Position numbers and translations under genes: made by a program. A DNA stretch of 64,000 nucleotides from Octopus vulgaris. Lineage: Eukaryota. Position 1 is the first letter of the stretch. Each line of letters starts with the position of its first letter. The notes under the pieces were generated by a model, which saw only the letters and a list, made by a program, of their open reading frames with translations, did not search any database and was not told where the DNA came from. The DNA is taken from the NCBI GenBank assembly GCA_951406725.2, contig OX597821.1, forward strand, positions 45,198,001 to 45,262,000. The letters run 5' to 3'. Shown here piece after piece: positions 14,851 to 29,070 of this stretch.

Positions 14851-16599
14851 AAGATACTTTCCTTCACTACTTGCTACCAAGCTGGTGACCGGTCAAAAAT
14901 TATTCTAAATTAAAAAGAAAAAGAAAACCCCACTCCTCATACACACATCACTGCATAGATTGACATATATTTCCTCCGTCACGTCTTCTGGGCTTTTTCG
15001 TTTTATTCCTGCAAAATCAGCTGTCATTCCTTTCCATTTACGTCTTGGCTCGTATTCATTGTGATTCAAAGTACACAGTTGTGGAAATCTTACACCATGA
15101 ATTAATTTCCCGTTTTAAATATCAGAAAATTACAATTACTGTTATTTGTTACATTAATTCTGTTTTCTGACTTTATTTTTAATTTTTGTTTTTAGTGTTC
15201 CCGTTTTAAATACCGGAAAAAATCGTGATTTCTCTCCATCATTTTCATGATTAATTATCAGGTTCACTTTCAATATATTTCAGGCCCACTTTCGATATTT
15301 GTCATCTTCTACAATTACATTTTACTTTTTTCATCTATCTAAATATATGGTCATACACTTAACAATCAACACTCTAGATAAATATATTTTCAGCGTTTTG
15401 TGCTGTGTCTGATAACTATTTTCGGCATACTTCAGCTATTGCTCTACTTTCATACTTTATGTCTCCGAAATGTACAATATTGAGTTATAAATTTCTTGAC
15501 CGCAAAGCTATAATCCTACCATGTCAAAGTACTTCGTCGCTCTCTGTGATTTGTAAGAGCGCAGGCAAAAAACAAACAATACTACACGATTGAAATAGAA
15601 ACTACATCGTGGATGGTTTTGTAGATACTCAGTTGCCACAGACAATCCACCACATTTAATTTGTGTTTAAAAATCAAAAGTTTGTGTTTAAAAAAAAATT
15701 ACTTCTATTTCTATTTGCTTCCTACAAATATACTTCCTACAGAAATATATTTGTAAGATATAATATACTTCCCATGGAAGTATATTTGTAGATAGTCTCC
15801 TGTTTACATTATATTATCGTATAGTAGTTCTTTATCTACGGTCGTTGTTATAGCAACAACTCATTTAACAATATACTTTTATTTACAAAATGTATTTTCC
15901 GTCAATGATTTTTCTAAATCTTGCTACATATTACTAATCATCCTCATCATCATTGTGCCATCATTGTCATCACAGAACACACCAGTCATCAATTTACAGC
16001 TTCAATAAGAGTACACAAACATATCTACAATTCATGAGTCGTCACACACACACACACACACATACACAAACACACACACACAAACACATACACACATACA
16101 TACATACATACATACATACTCATATGTAAGTATCTATGTGAACACATACGCATTTAAGAAAATAAAGTTTTCCACACCAGTAGAAGTAGAAAGAAAACGA
16201 AAAACGTTCGAAATTTCAATTTAAGAAAATTTACTTTATGAAAATTTGCATATAATTATTCAAACCGTTTTACAAATAATTTTTTTTTTACGAAAGTAAT
16301 GTAATCTTGAGATTTACCACAGACGTTTTCTGTGTAGCAGTTCTTCTGGTGAAGATTTCTTAACAACGCGTTATGTTTTCTAATTTTAAGCATTATGCTG
16401 ATGACGTCAAATGATCCGCTAGTTGTTTTGTCGAAAACAAGCTGTTAGTCAATTATTTGATGACATCAGTACTGTATTTGGAAATTCTGCTTTTTCGTCT
16501 ATCACTTTTCTGAAGATTTCCAAACAACGCGTTGCGGTTTCAAATTTAAGTTAGGGACTCGTATGTGCGCTATATTATTATAGCTTATTAAATTGTGGT

Positions 16600-17195
16600 T
16601 TATATATAACCTCACCTTTTGAAAAATGGAGTTGTTGTTTTGCAAGGCAATTTGGCATTGATTAATAATTCCTTAAAGATTTTGGTTATCTTTTGCTTTT
16701 AATCATTTTCACTGTTCTGAGCGCTTTTCTCATCCTTGGGTCTTTATTCACTGATGGGATGTTTTGATGAATAATGTTGTACATTTCTGCATTCTCTGGG
16801 TTGCGTGTTGTTGTCTACGCAAGAGAGTTTCATGTACTGGAATTGATTTTTGTTCTTCGTAATTCTGGAATGTTTATTGCTTTGGCAATCAATTAACATT
16901 GTTGGGGTTTGTCTATGAAGTAGTACTTCTTTTCTTTCAGTTTTTGGAGTTTGTTATTCCTCTTTCCTAAATTCGAAACAATTAAACATATTCTTCTACT
17001 ATATTTAATAATAAATTTGTTTTGGTGTGTTTTGATTGAATGGAATGTATAGCAAGTGTTGTTTCGAATTTATCGGTTTGTATCGAATGCTGGTTTCGGT
17101 GTTTGTATCTTTTTCATAATTAAAATATGCAGTAATAGTTGTTGATTGCTTTCACTTGCAAAGTGTATATTATTAAGAATACTGTTAATTAGGGC
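16600..17195 (-). mobile_element. Decayed Penelope-like RT thumb region
   Basis: TETSIRYKPINSKQHLLY..IPFN (TDIYxKPT..YL-like) and KAINIPELRR remnants. Confidence 0.6.
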
Positions 17196-17469
17196 TTTAA
17201 AATCATAAAATTGACCAAGACCTGATATATGTTTGTAAATGCAGCCATTGAATTAAAAGTATTCTGTGAAATAAATTTTGGTCCTTCAGTAATTAGATTT
17301 TTTTTTTCTGTTCGACCTGGGATTTCATTGGGAAATTTTCTAATCCAAAATTCTATAGTGATGTGGTATAGTAATATACAGATTTACCTCATGAAATGAT
17401 GCAAAAATGGTACTTTTGTCAACTTTTTCTGGAAGGGGGTTTAACAATTTGGGCCCGCTACAGTTGGTC

Positions 17470-17521
<52 letters not shown>

Positions 17522-18390
17522 GAAGAAGATTTTCTCAGTTAAAACTTATAAATTATATATAAAAATCTTTAAAAGAGCTGATTAACAAAGACATAAGAGA
17601 AGAAAGCTTTTGTGAAGATGCATACACAAAAACTTTCTTCTTACAAGTCTGCTTTTCTTTGAAAAGAACATTTTTAAATATAATATTTGATTTTTAATTT
17701 AAGAAAATTATTAGATTATTTTGCTTCCAAATATTGGAACTAAATCAAGAAAATTTTCGTAATGTATATATATATATATATATGTATATTTATGTATTTA
17801 TACACTCACACAAGCACATACACACACAATTATAAAAAACTGGTAATAGTTTCATGAGTTTGCTTAAAATTTCTGATTTGAAATTAAGTAGGGTGCTGGA
17901 ATTCTTGTATCTAAAAAGAATTTCCGATCTATCAGTTACACATAACGAACGAAATGTAAGTACATGGCCAAAATTCTTTAGTTGAACTGGAGGACGCCAT
18001 CCTCCCAGGACTGAGTAGCTACTCATAAACTTTGGTCCCCACTTTCCATTATGTTATTCTACGTCAATTAGGCTAATTATGATTTCACCAGACAAAAGTG
18101 ACGATGATCTTGGTTTTCTAACTTTTCTTTCTTTCTTCATGCTGCACTTATTTATTAGCCTTTTTCTTCTCATTTTTTTCTCATACTTTCTCATAGACCA
18201 GCGTCCTGATTTTCGAATAGGTCTAACGATATGCGCTGAACATGGTAGTTTTTTTTTTTCAAATTTTGTATATATTAAATGCTATTTGTCTCTCACTAGA
18301 TGGAATACTTTTTTGTGGATCCTACCTATAACGGAACAGTAATATATATACATATATATATACTTTATTTAAAAGCAGCAGAAATTCAAC

Positions 18391-18437
18391 AAAAGCTATT
18401 ACTCGGAGTTTCACGTTCCCGTTCGTCGGACAGTTTT
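18391..18437 (-). ncRNA. Minimal type I hammerhead motif (U4C variant) in a TA-flanked short element
   Basis: Minus strand reads CUGU CCGACGA ACG-GGAA-CGU GAA ACUC-C-GAGU A AUAG; stems I, II and III all pair; GUA triplet. Confidence 0.65.
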
Positions 18438-18438
18438 G

Positions 18439-18483
<45 letters not shown>

Positions 18484-18688
18484 GTATACATACACTAATA
18501 TGCTTGCTTGCTATGCCGCCCTGGGGAACGATTATAGAATTGATTTGCTTCTTACAAGATGTTGCATAAACACAACTAATGATAACTAGTCAACGAATTT
18601 TGTTTATCCTCTCAAATATATAATATGAAACTGTTTAACTTCAATCCTTTGTTATTTCGAAAACATAGAAACTTAAATTATAAAATAC

Positions 18689-18851
18689 AGGCGCATGCGT
18701 CGCTGTGTGGTAAAAAGCTTGCTTCCTAACCACATGTTTCAAGTTCAGTCCCACTGCGTGGGTACCGTGGGTAAGTGTTTTCTACTATCGTCTCGGGTCG
18801 ACCAAAGTATTGTGAGTCGATTTGGTAGATGGAAACTGAAAGAAGCCCGTC

Positions 18852-18902
<51 letters not shown>

Positions 18903-19060
18903 AACATACGTGTGTATTTGTCTTTTTATTAGTGTTTGTTCTTCACAATCGCTTGACAACCGGTTCGGCAAAAGTGACCCATAAAAGAAGTACCAGGTTT
19001 TAAAAATGAGTACTGCCCCTGCATGGCTGTAGACAAATGACTGAGAGAGGTAAAAAGATA
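18689..19060 (+). mobile_element. SINE family C with internal microsatellite
   Basis: Head GGCGCA..GCTGTGTGGTAA..GCTTGCTTCCTAACCACATG..GTTCAGTCCCACTGCG; inverted copy at 38795-39195. Confidence 0.75.
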
Positions 19061-20063
19061 AAAAAAAGATAAAACTGCAACTAATCCCACATCCATAAAA
19101 CTTCTGGCCTTGTACCAAAATTTGAGACCGTTTTTATTATTACTATTATCTTAAGATAATTTATTATGATATTATAATCAGGTCAGCAAGGGTGGCGCAG
19201 ATGGTAACGTGCTGAGTAGTAATTAAGCTTGTTGATTAATGACAGATTTCAAATCTCACTGGTGGGCTTCGTCGTTGCATTTATTGCGCCGTTGTTTTGC
19301 ACGAAGAATTTACTATATTCAGTTCAATAGAATACAGCTGCTCCTACATATACGAAAATTTTCTTTATTTAGTTCAAATATTTGGAAGCAAAATAATTTA
19401 ATAATTTTCTTAAATTAAAAATCAAATATTATATTTAAAAAAGCTCTTTTCAAAGAAAAGCAGACTTGTAAGAAGAAAATCTTTGTGTACGCATCTTCAC
19501 AAAAGCTTTCTTCTCTTATGTCTTTGTTAATCAGCTCTTTTAAAGATTTTTATATATAATTTATAAGTTTTAACTGTGAAAATCTTCTTCCAAATATATA
19601 TGTGTGTATATATAATGACCAACTGTAGCGGGCCCAAATTGTTAAACCACCTTCCAGAAAAAGTTGACAAAAATACCATTTTTGCATCATTTCATGAGAT
19701 AAATCTGTATATTACTATACCACATCACTATAGAATTCTGGATTAGAAAATTTCCCAATGAAATCCCAGGCCGAACAGAAAAAAAAAACTCTAATTACCG
19801 AAGGACCAAAATTTATTTCACAGAATACATTTAATTCAATGGCTGCATTTACAAACATATATCAGGTCTTGATCAATTTTATGATTTTAAAGATATAACA
19901 ACCTTCCAAAACATGGATTAATTGTTCATCTTGCTGAAAACGCATGAGACATCTGTGTATTCACCCACACAAACACCAAATCACCCCATCATTCATGCAC
20001 CTATCTTTCTATCTATGTATCTGTCTGTCTGCTTCTTTGTCTGTCTGTCTGTTCATGCTTTCT

Positions 20064-20445
20064 TACCTACCTACCTACCTACCTACCTACCTACCTACCT
20101 ACCTACCTACCTACCTACCTACCTACCTACCTACCTACCTACCTACCTACCTACCTACCTACCTACCTACCTACCTACCTTCCTGCCTACCTATCTACCT
20201 ACCTACCTACCTACCTGCCTACCTACCTACATACCTACCTACCTACCTACCTACCTACCTACCAACCTACCTAGCTACTTACCTACCTACCCACCTACCT
20301 ACCTACCTACCCACCTACCCACCCACCTACCTACCTACCTACCTACCTACCTACCTACCTACCTACCTACCTACCTACCTACCTACATACATACATACAT
20401 ACCTACCTACCTACCTACCTACCTACCTACCTATCTACCTACCCA
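20064..20445. repeat. (CCTA)n microsatellite
   Basis: Directly visible. Confidence 0.97.
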
Positions 20446-20979
20446 TCGTCATCTATCTTTTTCTTCACTTTCCACGCTGTTATAGCTTGATGCCCTAATA
20501 GCAACCTCATTACAGAATGTTCTGTGTGCATTCTATTGGGATGTCAACTCTAGAGAGCTGTCATATCGCCAACGGAACCAGACTAAAATGTTTTCGACCC
20601 TATTTTGCCTCTGTTCAACGACAAATCAGGTTGTACTGGTTGTGTTATACCGTGACACCAGCTGCAGTGTTTGCCTTATACCATGAAAGACGAAAAGGTT
20701 TCTTAGCATTTTTCGTTGCTTCCGTTCGAGGTGACATGACTCGTAAAGGAGGTAGAAGCGAAAGAGTATGTCGAATATGAATCAAAGTAGGAAGAGAGAA
20801 AAAAGTGAGAGTATGGTGGGGAGGGAGAGAGAGAGAGAGAAGAGCGAGAGAGAAAGAGAGAGATTAGAGTGAGAGTGTGTAAAGAGAGGGAGTAATGGAA
20901 CAGGTAGTACTACATAACGTGAAAGATGGAAACAATGATGGCAGTGTGTATTGATAGACACAGTAATTGAAAAGGTGTT

Positions 20980-21016
<37 letters not shown>

Positions 21017-21194
21017 GGGGAGATTTAAGAACAAATAGAGAGTGAATGAAAGAGAGAGGAGAAAGAGAAAAAGTGAGAAAGGGGAAAGGAAGAGTGAGAG
21101 AGAGGGAGAAAGAAAGAGAGAAAGGGAGAAAAAGAGAGAGTATGAGGGGCAACATGTTGGTGTTAAGAGGGAATGATGGATGTCAATAATGGGC

Positions 21195-21420
21195 AATTAG
21201 GTGAAGAGAGAATGGCGATTCATGTCTCTTGTAACGTTCTTTTGTGAGGTCTGTTATGCTGAGATCAGTCTTCAACACTTCTGTCAATTTATTTCTTCGG
21301 TCTTCTTCATCAAACATTTCTTTCCACTTGGGTTTCCTGGCATTTCTTTACCTATTTGCCATTATCCATACGCACTGCATGTTTGAGCGAACACGGTTAT
21401 ATCTCTTGCACAATAAACCT
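21195..21420 (-). mobile_element. Decayed RTE 3' fragment
   Basis: HAVRMDNGK*VKKC...RPxxxxTEVLKTDL-like remnants. Confidence 0.45.
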
Positions 21421-21689
21421 GATTCCATGTATATTCAGTTTTTTTCTCTCTATATCAGTTCATCGTTATAAATGTTACACTACCATCCAGCAGACCATGA
21501 TCACTTAATTACTTTTCAATCTTTAGAGATCTTAAGAATTCATTTCTCACATTTAACTACCAAGCTGCAGCACAGTTCGTACATCACAATCATTGATGAG
21601 GATGTAAATGGCGACGAATGGAGTCTGACAAACCACCCATTAACAGGTTGATCAAACAACTGGTCAAATAATCTATAAGCTAAATAGCA

Positions 21690-21690
<1 letters not shown>

Positions 21691-21744
<54 letters not shown>

Positions 21745-21755
21745 TTAGCAATAAC

Positions 21756-21837
<82 letters not shown>

Positions 21838-21890
21838 GTGGTGGGTGGTGGTGGTGTTGGTGGTGGTGGTGGTGGTGGTGATGGTGATGG

Positions 21891-21978
<88 letters not shown>
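21691..21978. repeat. Compound trinucleotide microsatellite (AAT)(GAT)(GGT)(GAT)(AAT)
   Basis: Directly visible. Confidence 0.95.
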
Positions 21979-21979
<1 letters not shown>

Positions 21980-22049
21980 TTTTACCCCAGTGTCACTTTG
22001 ATGGCATGAACTGCTCTCTCACTCAATAATAATAATAATAATAATAATA

Positions 22050-22945
22050 ATCAGCTTCATTCTGTCATGAAGGAGAGCACAAAATTTGCTAGAGAGTTTA
22101 TGCACGATACCCTGGTTGAACGGCATGGTGGAAGTGCGGCAACTGTTGTTGCAAAGGTTAAATCAATGGCAACGTAAAAAGCGTTTGAATAATTGGCTGA
22201 TAAGTGGGAACAAAAACTTCTGCATGGCAAATATGTAGTCCGTAGCAAACAAGCTGATGTAGACCAGAAGCACATCCATCAGTGGCTATAGAGCTCAGGG
22301 CTAAAGGTAGAGAGCGAAGGCTCTATCTTAACTGCTCAAGATCAGAGCATATTGATCCGGAACTACCAAGCCAATGTGATGAAAAATGGAGTAGACCCAA
22401 AGTGCCGATACTGCAACGGTGAGATTGAAACAGTGGGCCGCCTAATGTGTGGGTGTAAAGTTTTAGCATCAGTAGAAAATAAATCGAGACATGGCAGAGT
22501 TGGCCAATATCTACACTGGATAATATGTCGGCATTATACAATCAAAACTTTACAAATGGTACAAGTACCACTCTGAGGCTGCAACTGAGGGAGAAAATGT
22601 AACGATTCTTTAGGACTTTCCGGTACATACAGACCGAACCATCAAAGCTAATTAACCAGATAGCGTGAAAAAACCAAAACAATCAAATCTGTTTGATTGA
22701 CATGAGCCTGCTTTGTGATCATAATATCCCGGCAAAAAAATCTGATAAGCTCAGAAAATACAAAGGATTGGAATCGAAAAAATGTGACGCCTGAAGACAG
22801 TTACAATACCAGTGATTGTAGGAGCACTTGGAATGATAAAAAAAGGAACTGAGGATTATCCCTGGCTTACCATCCATGGAGTAAGTTCAAAACATTGTCT
22901 TAACTGGTACCTCACACGTATTGAGAAGAGCATTGTCACTGAATT
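22050..22945 (+). mobile_element. R4/Dong-type REL LINE 3' fragment
   Basis: QWL.SSGLK.ESEG, RNYQANVMKNGVDPKCRYC..ETV (CCHC), RHGRVGQYLHW, PVIVGALG; starts at (TAA)n. Confidence 0.85.
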
Positions 22946-23060
22946 CTCTTTCCTTTTTCCCTTTTATTTTTTGTTTTCTTATTTTCATTTGTCACTCTCT
23001 GAAGAGTCTGCAGCTCGCATTAAGTTACTATCCCATTGTTAACTAATTTAGAAAAGTTTG

Positions 23061-23112
<52 letters not shown>

Positions 23113-23439
23113 TTTATAGTGAGGGAAAGTTTACGTCGGAAGAATTGTTATGACTCATGACCAGTTGCAATTTATATTATACTAACAATGCATCCCGCCG
23201 TTGCCCAGGTGTTATGACTTACAGCCACATATTATTTGTCCCTTTCTTATGAGCAGACTCGGCACAGCTGATATATAGTGAACTGGATTACTGCCATAAT
23301 GGAAATTATTGTTAGTTTAAAAGTGAAGTTGGGGAGGATACAATTTGCATTGGTTTGCATGAAAGTACTTTCTGGTTCTTAAGAAGGATCACAGACTATG
23401 TATTGTTTCATCGCATAAAAAGAGTTTAATACGATTTTG

Positions 23440-24065
23440 CCAAGAAATCACGTTTTCAAAATTTTAAATCCACCCCCGTCCCCACCGCAGTTTCTTAAAT
23501 TGTAACTTTTTCGAATTTGTTTTTATCCACGTCGCAAAATACAGAGATTACGAATCTGGGAAATACGTATTTTTTTTTTAAAGTTTAACTTTTCTTAAAG
23601 AAACACTCAATGTCCTTTCTCCCACCTTGTCCACCCATCACCTACCTGCTTTCGAAAAGCTAAAAACTCCCAATGTTTCACTTTCGTCTGAGGTTTCACC
23701 TATACGTAGAATTGTACTGAAATAGCAGACGCAAAAGATACCAGACAACCACCAAGAAAACCCGACTGCTAGAAACAACAGGTAAACAACATTATCTCTG
23801 AAGAAACGTCACCGCTTTCCAAAAAGCTAAAAGTGAAACCTTAGGAGTTTGTAGCTTTTTGAAAAAGGTGAGGTGATGGGTGGATGTTTGGGACGGAGAT
23901 TTTAGTGTTTCTTTAAGAAAAGAAGGATGAAGAAAATTCTTAAAGATTCGTACTCTCTATTTTTTCTCCGTGGATTACCAAGAAAAAAATTTGGAAAAAA
24001 GTAAAAGCATGAAGAAATTGGGGTGGGAGGGATAAAATAAAAAAAATTGAGAACATGTTTTTCAG
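23440..24065. repeat. Old imperfect inverted repeat
   Basis: CTTTTCTTAAAGAAACACT..CCACCCATCACC..GTTTCACTTT versus AAAGTGAAAC..GGTGATGGGTGG..AGTGTTTCTTTAAGAAAAG. Confidence 0.65.
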
Positions 24066-24350
24066 GTGAAATCACAATTACCTGTATCGAAAACATAGGA
24101 ATCGGAAGAAATTTAGGGAAAAAATGGATGGGGCACAAATGTCACCTCAGACATGCTAGAAACAACAGGTTAAGGTCAGGATTTCTGGAAAAAACCCCTT
24201 TTATGTTTATATCGAAGATCAGGTTTTTAAATACGCTAATCACAAATACGAATTACAGAATGGAAAAAGGTGATTTCAATTGGATTTGAGCTGTAATTTT
24301 GCGCTTGCAAGAAATAGCACAATTCGTACAGAAGTTTTAGCTAGTGTGTA

Positions 24351-24414
<64 letters not shown>

Positions 24415-24922
24415 CGTGTATGTGCCAAAGGAAGTTATCTTATTGCATTCTTTCATTTGAAACAGCAAAGTTATCAACTCGATCATAAGGTCGATCATAT
24501 AGGATCATATGATTGTTCACTAATTTCCGTAAATTTTTTTTATTTCTTTAGCAGAAATTGAAAGAGAGGAGAAAGTGAATAGGTGACATTTGCTTTGAAG
24601 TGAGAGCAGAAAGTGAAAGAGAGGAGAGAGTGAAAGATGTATGTACGTGTATATGAAATAGACGTATGTGTGTGTATTTGTGCGTGTGCATGAGAGAGAG
24701 AGGGAGAGAGAGAGAGAGAGAGAGGAGAGAAAGAGAGAAATAAAGTGAGCGCATGAAGGTATATGTTGTCATGTATGTATTTTCGTGTATGTGTGTAAGT
24801 GGCACTCACGCACTTTCTCTCTGTCAGTCTGTCTGTTTGTCGCTCTCTCTCTTTCACACACACATTATCTTTCATATACTGTACATAAATACATAAGCAT
24901 ACATCTTTTATATGAATGTGTA

Positions 24923-24957
<35 letters not shown>

Positions 24958-24990
24958 AATAGAAAGAGAGTGAGTGACAGACAAACTCTC

Positions 24991-25031
<41 letters not shown>

Positions 25032-25349
25032 TGATAAGCAGGTTTCTTTATTATAGTACAAATGTGACTAATTCGGAGCAACATTACTTTCATTATTCAC
25101 ACATTGTCACGTACGTAATGCATCACTTTGTAATTTTGGTTAAAATTAAAAGTGTGAAACTATTTTCACTTTCTAATGAAACCTGGTCGTTGTAGAGCAG
25201 TGTCTTTCAAATAAATATAGCTGGTTGTTGAGATAACGTAGAAAATATGTAAATGAAGATAAAGTTTATTTGGTACCCGAAAAATTACTGAATCTTTTGA
25301 TACCCCATACGTCAAACTCTGCAACAAAGTTTTCGAATGCATAAGGAAG

Positions 25350-25429
<80 letters not shown>

Positions 25430-25864
25430 TCTTTTATATGTATATAGATTATCAGAAAAAATAAGAGGTTTAATTTCCAACTGAAAAAACAAAAGCTTGA
25501 TGTCACTGCAATAAATAGATCTTTAGGAAATGTTCTCAGTTGCCAGTGTTGCACTTTTCGAAGTTGTTTTGGATGAGGGCATCTCAGAAACTTCCCTTGG
25601 GAACATTTACACCCGCTTTGAAGATCGTCAGAATATTAGCTATCTTTATAGATAAAACTGATTCAGAACTTAAAACATTTCTTACATAGAAAAACATGCG
25701 ATTATTCTAGTTAGAAGTACTCGCCACTTGGCTAGTAATATTTGTATTGACTCCTAAGGGGGGGGGGGGCGATCTGGTTCGGTGTTTTTCTTTCTTTCTA
25801 AATTACTTTTGTTTTCTTTGAATTAATTTTGAAAAAAACCTTGCCCCTTACAATATAGAATCAT

Positions 25865-26075
25865 TTCTCATGGCTCCAGCAGACAAAAGGAAATGGCGTT
25901 GCCCCGGGGGATGGCGAGGCAGATGTGCTGGACCAGCCACTCTGACTCAGGAGGGTCACACTTGTGAACAGCCACCTCCACCTCGATCGCAGTGAGCAGA
26001 GACATGGTCTGGGGACCAATAACGCCGGAGTTCTCCACTGCCACAGACTCGACCTGTCGAGAGCGATCAATACCT
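25865..26075 (-). mobile_element. 3' end of a CRE/NeSL-type REL LINE
   Basis: VAVENSGVIGP...DPPESEWLVQHICLAIPRGNA resembles the AVETxGxxGP...QRISxAIQRGNA REL C-terminus; GC-rich island. Confidence 0.65.
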
Positions 26076-26548
26076 TGACAGTTTGCTATTCTCAACTATT
26101 TCGTAGTTGGCCTCGTCAGACTTCAGTCATGTCCCTGCTATATTTTGGGGGTATTCTTTTGTTTGTAAAATTACGTTTCATCTGATGATTACGGTTTTTT
26201 TTTGTAATGGAGTAATGTTCTCATTCTTCTACTGAAAAGATGCGTTAGAAACAGCTGTAATGAGCTGACAATTATCCATCGCCTGTTATCATTCATTTGA
26301 TTATTATACACCAAGGGGATTTAAGACTTGTCAGATACCCTAAAGTATACCAACAACGTGCAATTCAACGTAACGCGTGCTTTGGACCAGCCCCTAGGTG
26401 TTAAATACTCATGGGGTTGGTTTTCTCTGAGTACACAACCAGAATATACTATTTGATGGTTACCAACAATAGGCTGGAACTACAAGCTTATCCAACCGTA
26501 CCTGGTGCATATCTTTTCAAGTACCTGATTCTATCTGAATCTTTATTT

Positions 26549-26659
<111 letters not shown>

Positions 26660-26961
26660 CACGTGTACTACATTACTGTAGCATTTAATGTGTTACTATA
26701 GTATACACACACTCACGAACATACATATGTGTGTGTGTGTAACAGGTTCGCTAGTTTTGCTGGAAATAGTGGCCAAGTCTCCTTCCAAACCTCCCATGCA
26801 AAATAGGGATAGATCACATTAGGTAATAGCCTTAAAAAAGAGACGAGGTAGTCACGTCTCTTTAATGAAGGCCGTTTAAAGGCTGATAAATAACAACAAC
26901 GACGACGGCGACAACAGAAGCAACAACAACAAGAAAAGCTCAGCTATTATATTGCTCACAT

Positions 26962-27196
26962 ATAAAGCGGTGAGCTGGCAGAAACGTTAGCACGCCGGGC
27001 GAAATGCGTAGCTGTATTTCGTCTGCCGTTACGTTCTGAGTTCAAATTCCACCGAGGTCGACTTTGCCTTTCATCCTTTCGGGGTCGATAAATTAAGTAC
27101 CAGTTACGCACTGGGGTCGATGTAATCGACTTAATACCTTTGTCTGTCCTTGTTTGTCCCCTCTATGTTTAGCTCCTTGTAGGTAATAAAGAAATA
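26962..27196 (+). mobile_element. SINE family A with 17-bp TSD
   Basis: TATTATATTGCTCACAT at 26945-26961 and 27197-27213. Confidence 0.9.
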
Positions 27197-27384
27197 TATT
27201 ATATTGCTCACATTGACTTAGTATTTTAACAAATAATGTTAAACATTACTTCCCTGCGTTATAATACATATCTGAACATGTTATAATTCTATTTCGAACT
27301 CTGTTGTTCGATCATCTGATTATTAGTAGGTGGAAAAATAGTTGGTAATACGGGTGAATCAACAGCAGTAATTGCCACCACAAC

Positions 27385-27733
27385 CACCACCTGCTGAGAC
27401 CCCCTTTGGTCATGACTGACCATGGGATTGTACCTAGAAAGTTAGCCTCCCAGGCACAAGTCCGGGCAAGGTTGTTTATAGAAGACCAGCAGTTGCCCAT
27501 GCATACCGGCTTCCTCTCTCCACGCCACCAGTGTTATCCAAGGGAAAGGCAAAGGGGCCGATACAGCTTGGCACCTGTGACGTCGCAACTCATTTCTATA
27601 GCTGAGTGAACTGAAGCAACATGAAATAAAGTGTCTTGCTCAAGAACACAACACACAGCCCGGTCCAGGATTCGAGCTCACAACCTCACGATCGTAAGCT
27701 CGATGCTCTAACCACTGAGTCATGCGCCTTCAC
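27385..27733 (-). mobile_element. tRNA-derived SINE with CORE-like domain
   Basis: A-box/B-box head (GCTCGAATCC), then TGTGTTCTTGAGCAAGACACTT...CAGTTCACTCAGCTATAGAAATG resembling the CORE-SINE domain; decayed relative near 52800-52910. Confidence 0.7.
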
Positions 27734-27833
27734 ATCCACCAGCAGCACCACCACCACACAAAAACCGCCATCGCAACCACAAGCCCCACAACTGCTTCTG
27801 CTGCTGCTGCTACTACTACTACTGCTGCTGCTG

Positions 27834-27880
<47 letters not shown>

Positions 27881-28234
27881 GAGTGTGTCTTTCCCAGTGC
27901 ATCACGTATCAATATCATTCACATAAAATCAACTAAAGAGACCAAATTTGATTTAACTACTACAACTACTAACATGCACAGAGAGGGGCAAAAAATAAAA
28001 AAAGAACCCAACAAAACTCAAACAAAAAATTTCCCACATTTTCCAGATTGACAATCGTTTCAATAGCAAGCGTACAGTGTGCGCCGATCCAAACCATGAT
28101 GGTAACAGAAACTAGAAAAATCAAAACATTAATTAGTTATATTAAGACATCGTTGCCACCCGTTTTACTTCACTTGATAATATGCTCGGGTGTTTGTTCT
28201 ACCGCATCCTGTATCAACAACACAGCTAACGGGT

Positions 28235-29070
28235 ACTAATAACTAGTAATGAATGCTAACTATAAGACTGAAATATTGCTTACTAGTAGTACTAACTAGT
28301 ACTGATAAGTACTATTACTAACAATATTAGTACAGTACTTTTAATTAGTATTAGCTCTATCTGTAGAGCACTGCTAAATCTATCAGTACAGAACTGTTAA
28401 CTATACCATTACTGTGCAACTAAAATACCAGTACAGTACTACTAAATTTTAACACTAACTGCACCAGTACGCGCTTCTAACTACAACAACTAACTACGAT
28501 CGGACACTGGTACTGACTAAATTAGCACTCTACTAACTAGCTATTAGTAACTATATCAGTACAGTATTATTAACTATACCATTACTGTACAACTAAAAAT
28601 ACCAATACAGTACTACTAACTATTAACACCTACGTATAATACTTCTGACTACTACCACTAACTATATTCGTACAGAGGTACTGACTAAATTAATACAGTG
28701 CTGTTGACTAGAACCGTATAGTACTACTTCTACTAACTGCATTAGTACCGTATTACTAACTATATTACTACACCGCTACTAACTCTACCAACCATACTAA
28801 CTATTACTACTAACTGCACAAGCAGTACACTACTACTAACTACTATTATATTTGCAATACTATTAAGTACAACAATTAACTATATGAGTACATTGCCTCT
28901 GGCTACTATAACTAACTATACTAGTACAGTGCAACTGACTACAACAGTTACGTATACTAGCTACTACTATTAATATCTGTATTGTCACTACAGTACTATC
29001 AACTACTACTATAGCGATATAGTATTTCTAACTCCTACCATTAATTATACCAATACAGTGCTAGCTACTG
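28235..29070. repeat. Degenerate AT-rich minisatellite (TACTACTAACTATA..AGTACAG-like unit)
   Basis: Recurrent motifs; a block of about 180 bp recurs near 28380 and 28555. Confidence 0.7.

Larger units (their letters stand above)
17196..19892. repeat. Long inverted duplication, arms about 17196-17761 and 19351-19892
   Basis: Arms of about 550 bp match as reverse complements with scattered substitutions; spacer about 1.6 kb. Confidence 0.9.

Noticed and set aside
27640-27733. tRNA gene
   Set aside because: It is the tRNA-derived head of a SINE; no complete cloverleaf or acceptor stem was found.
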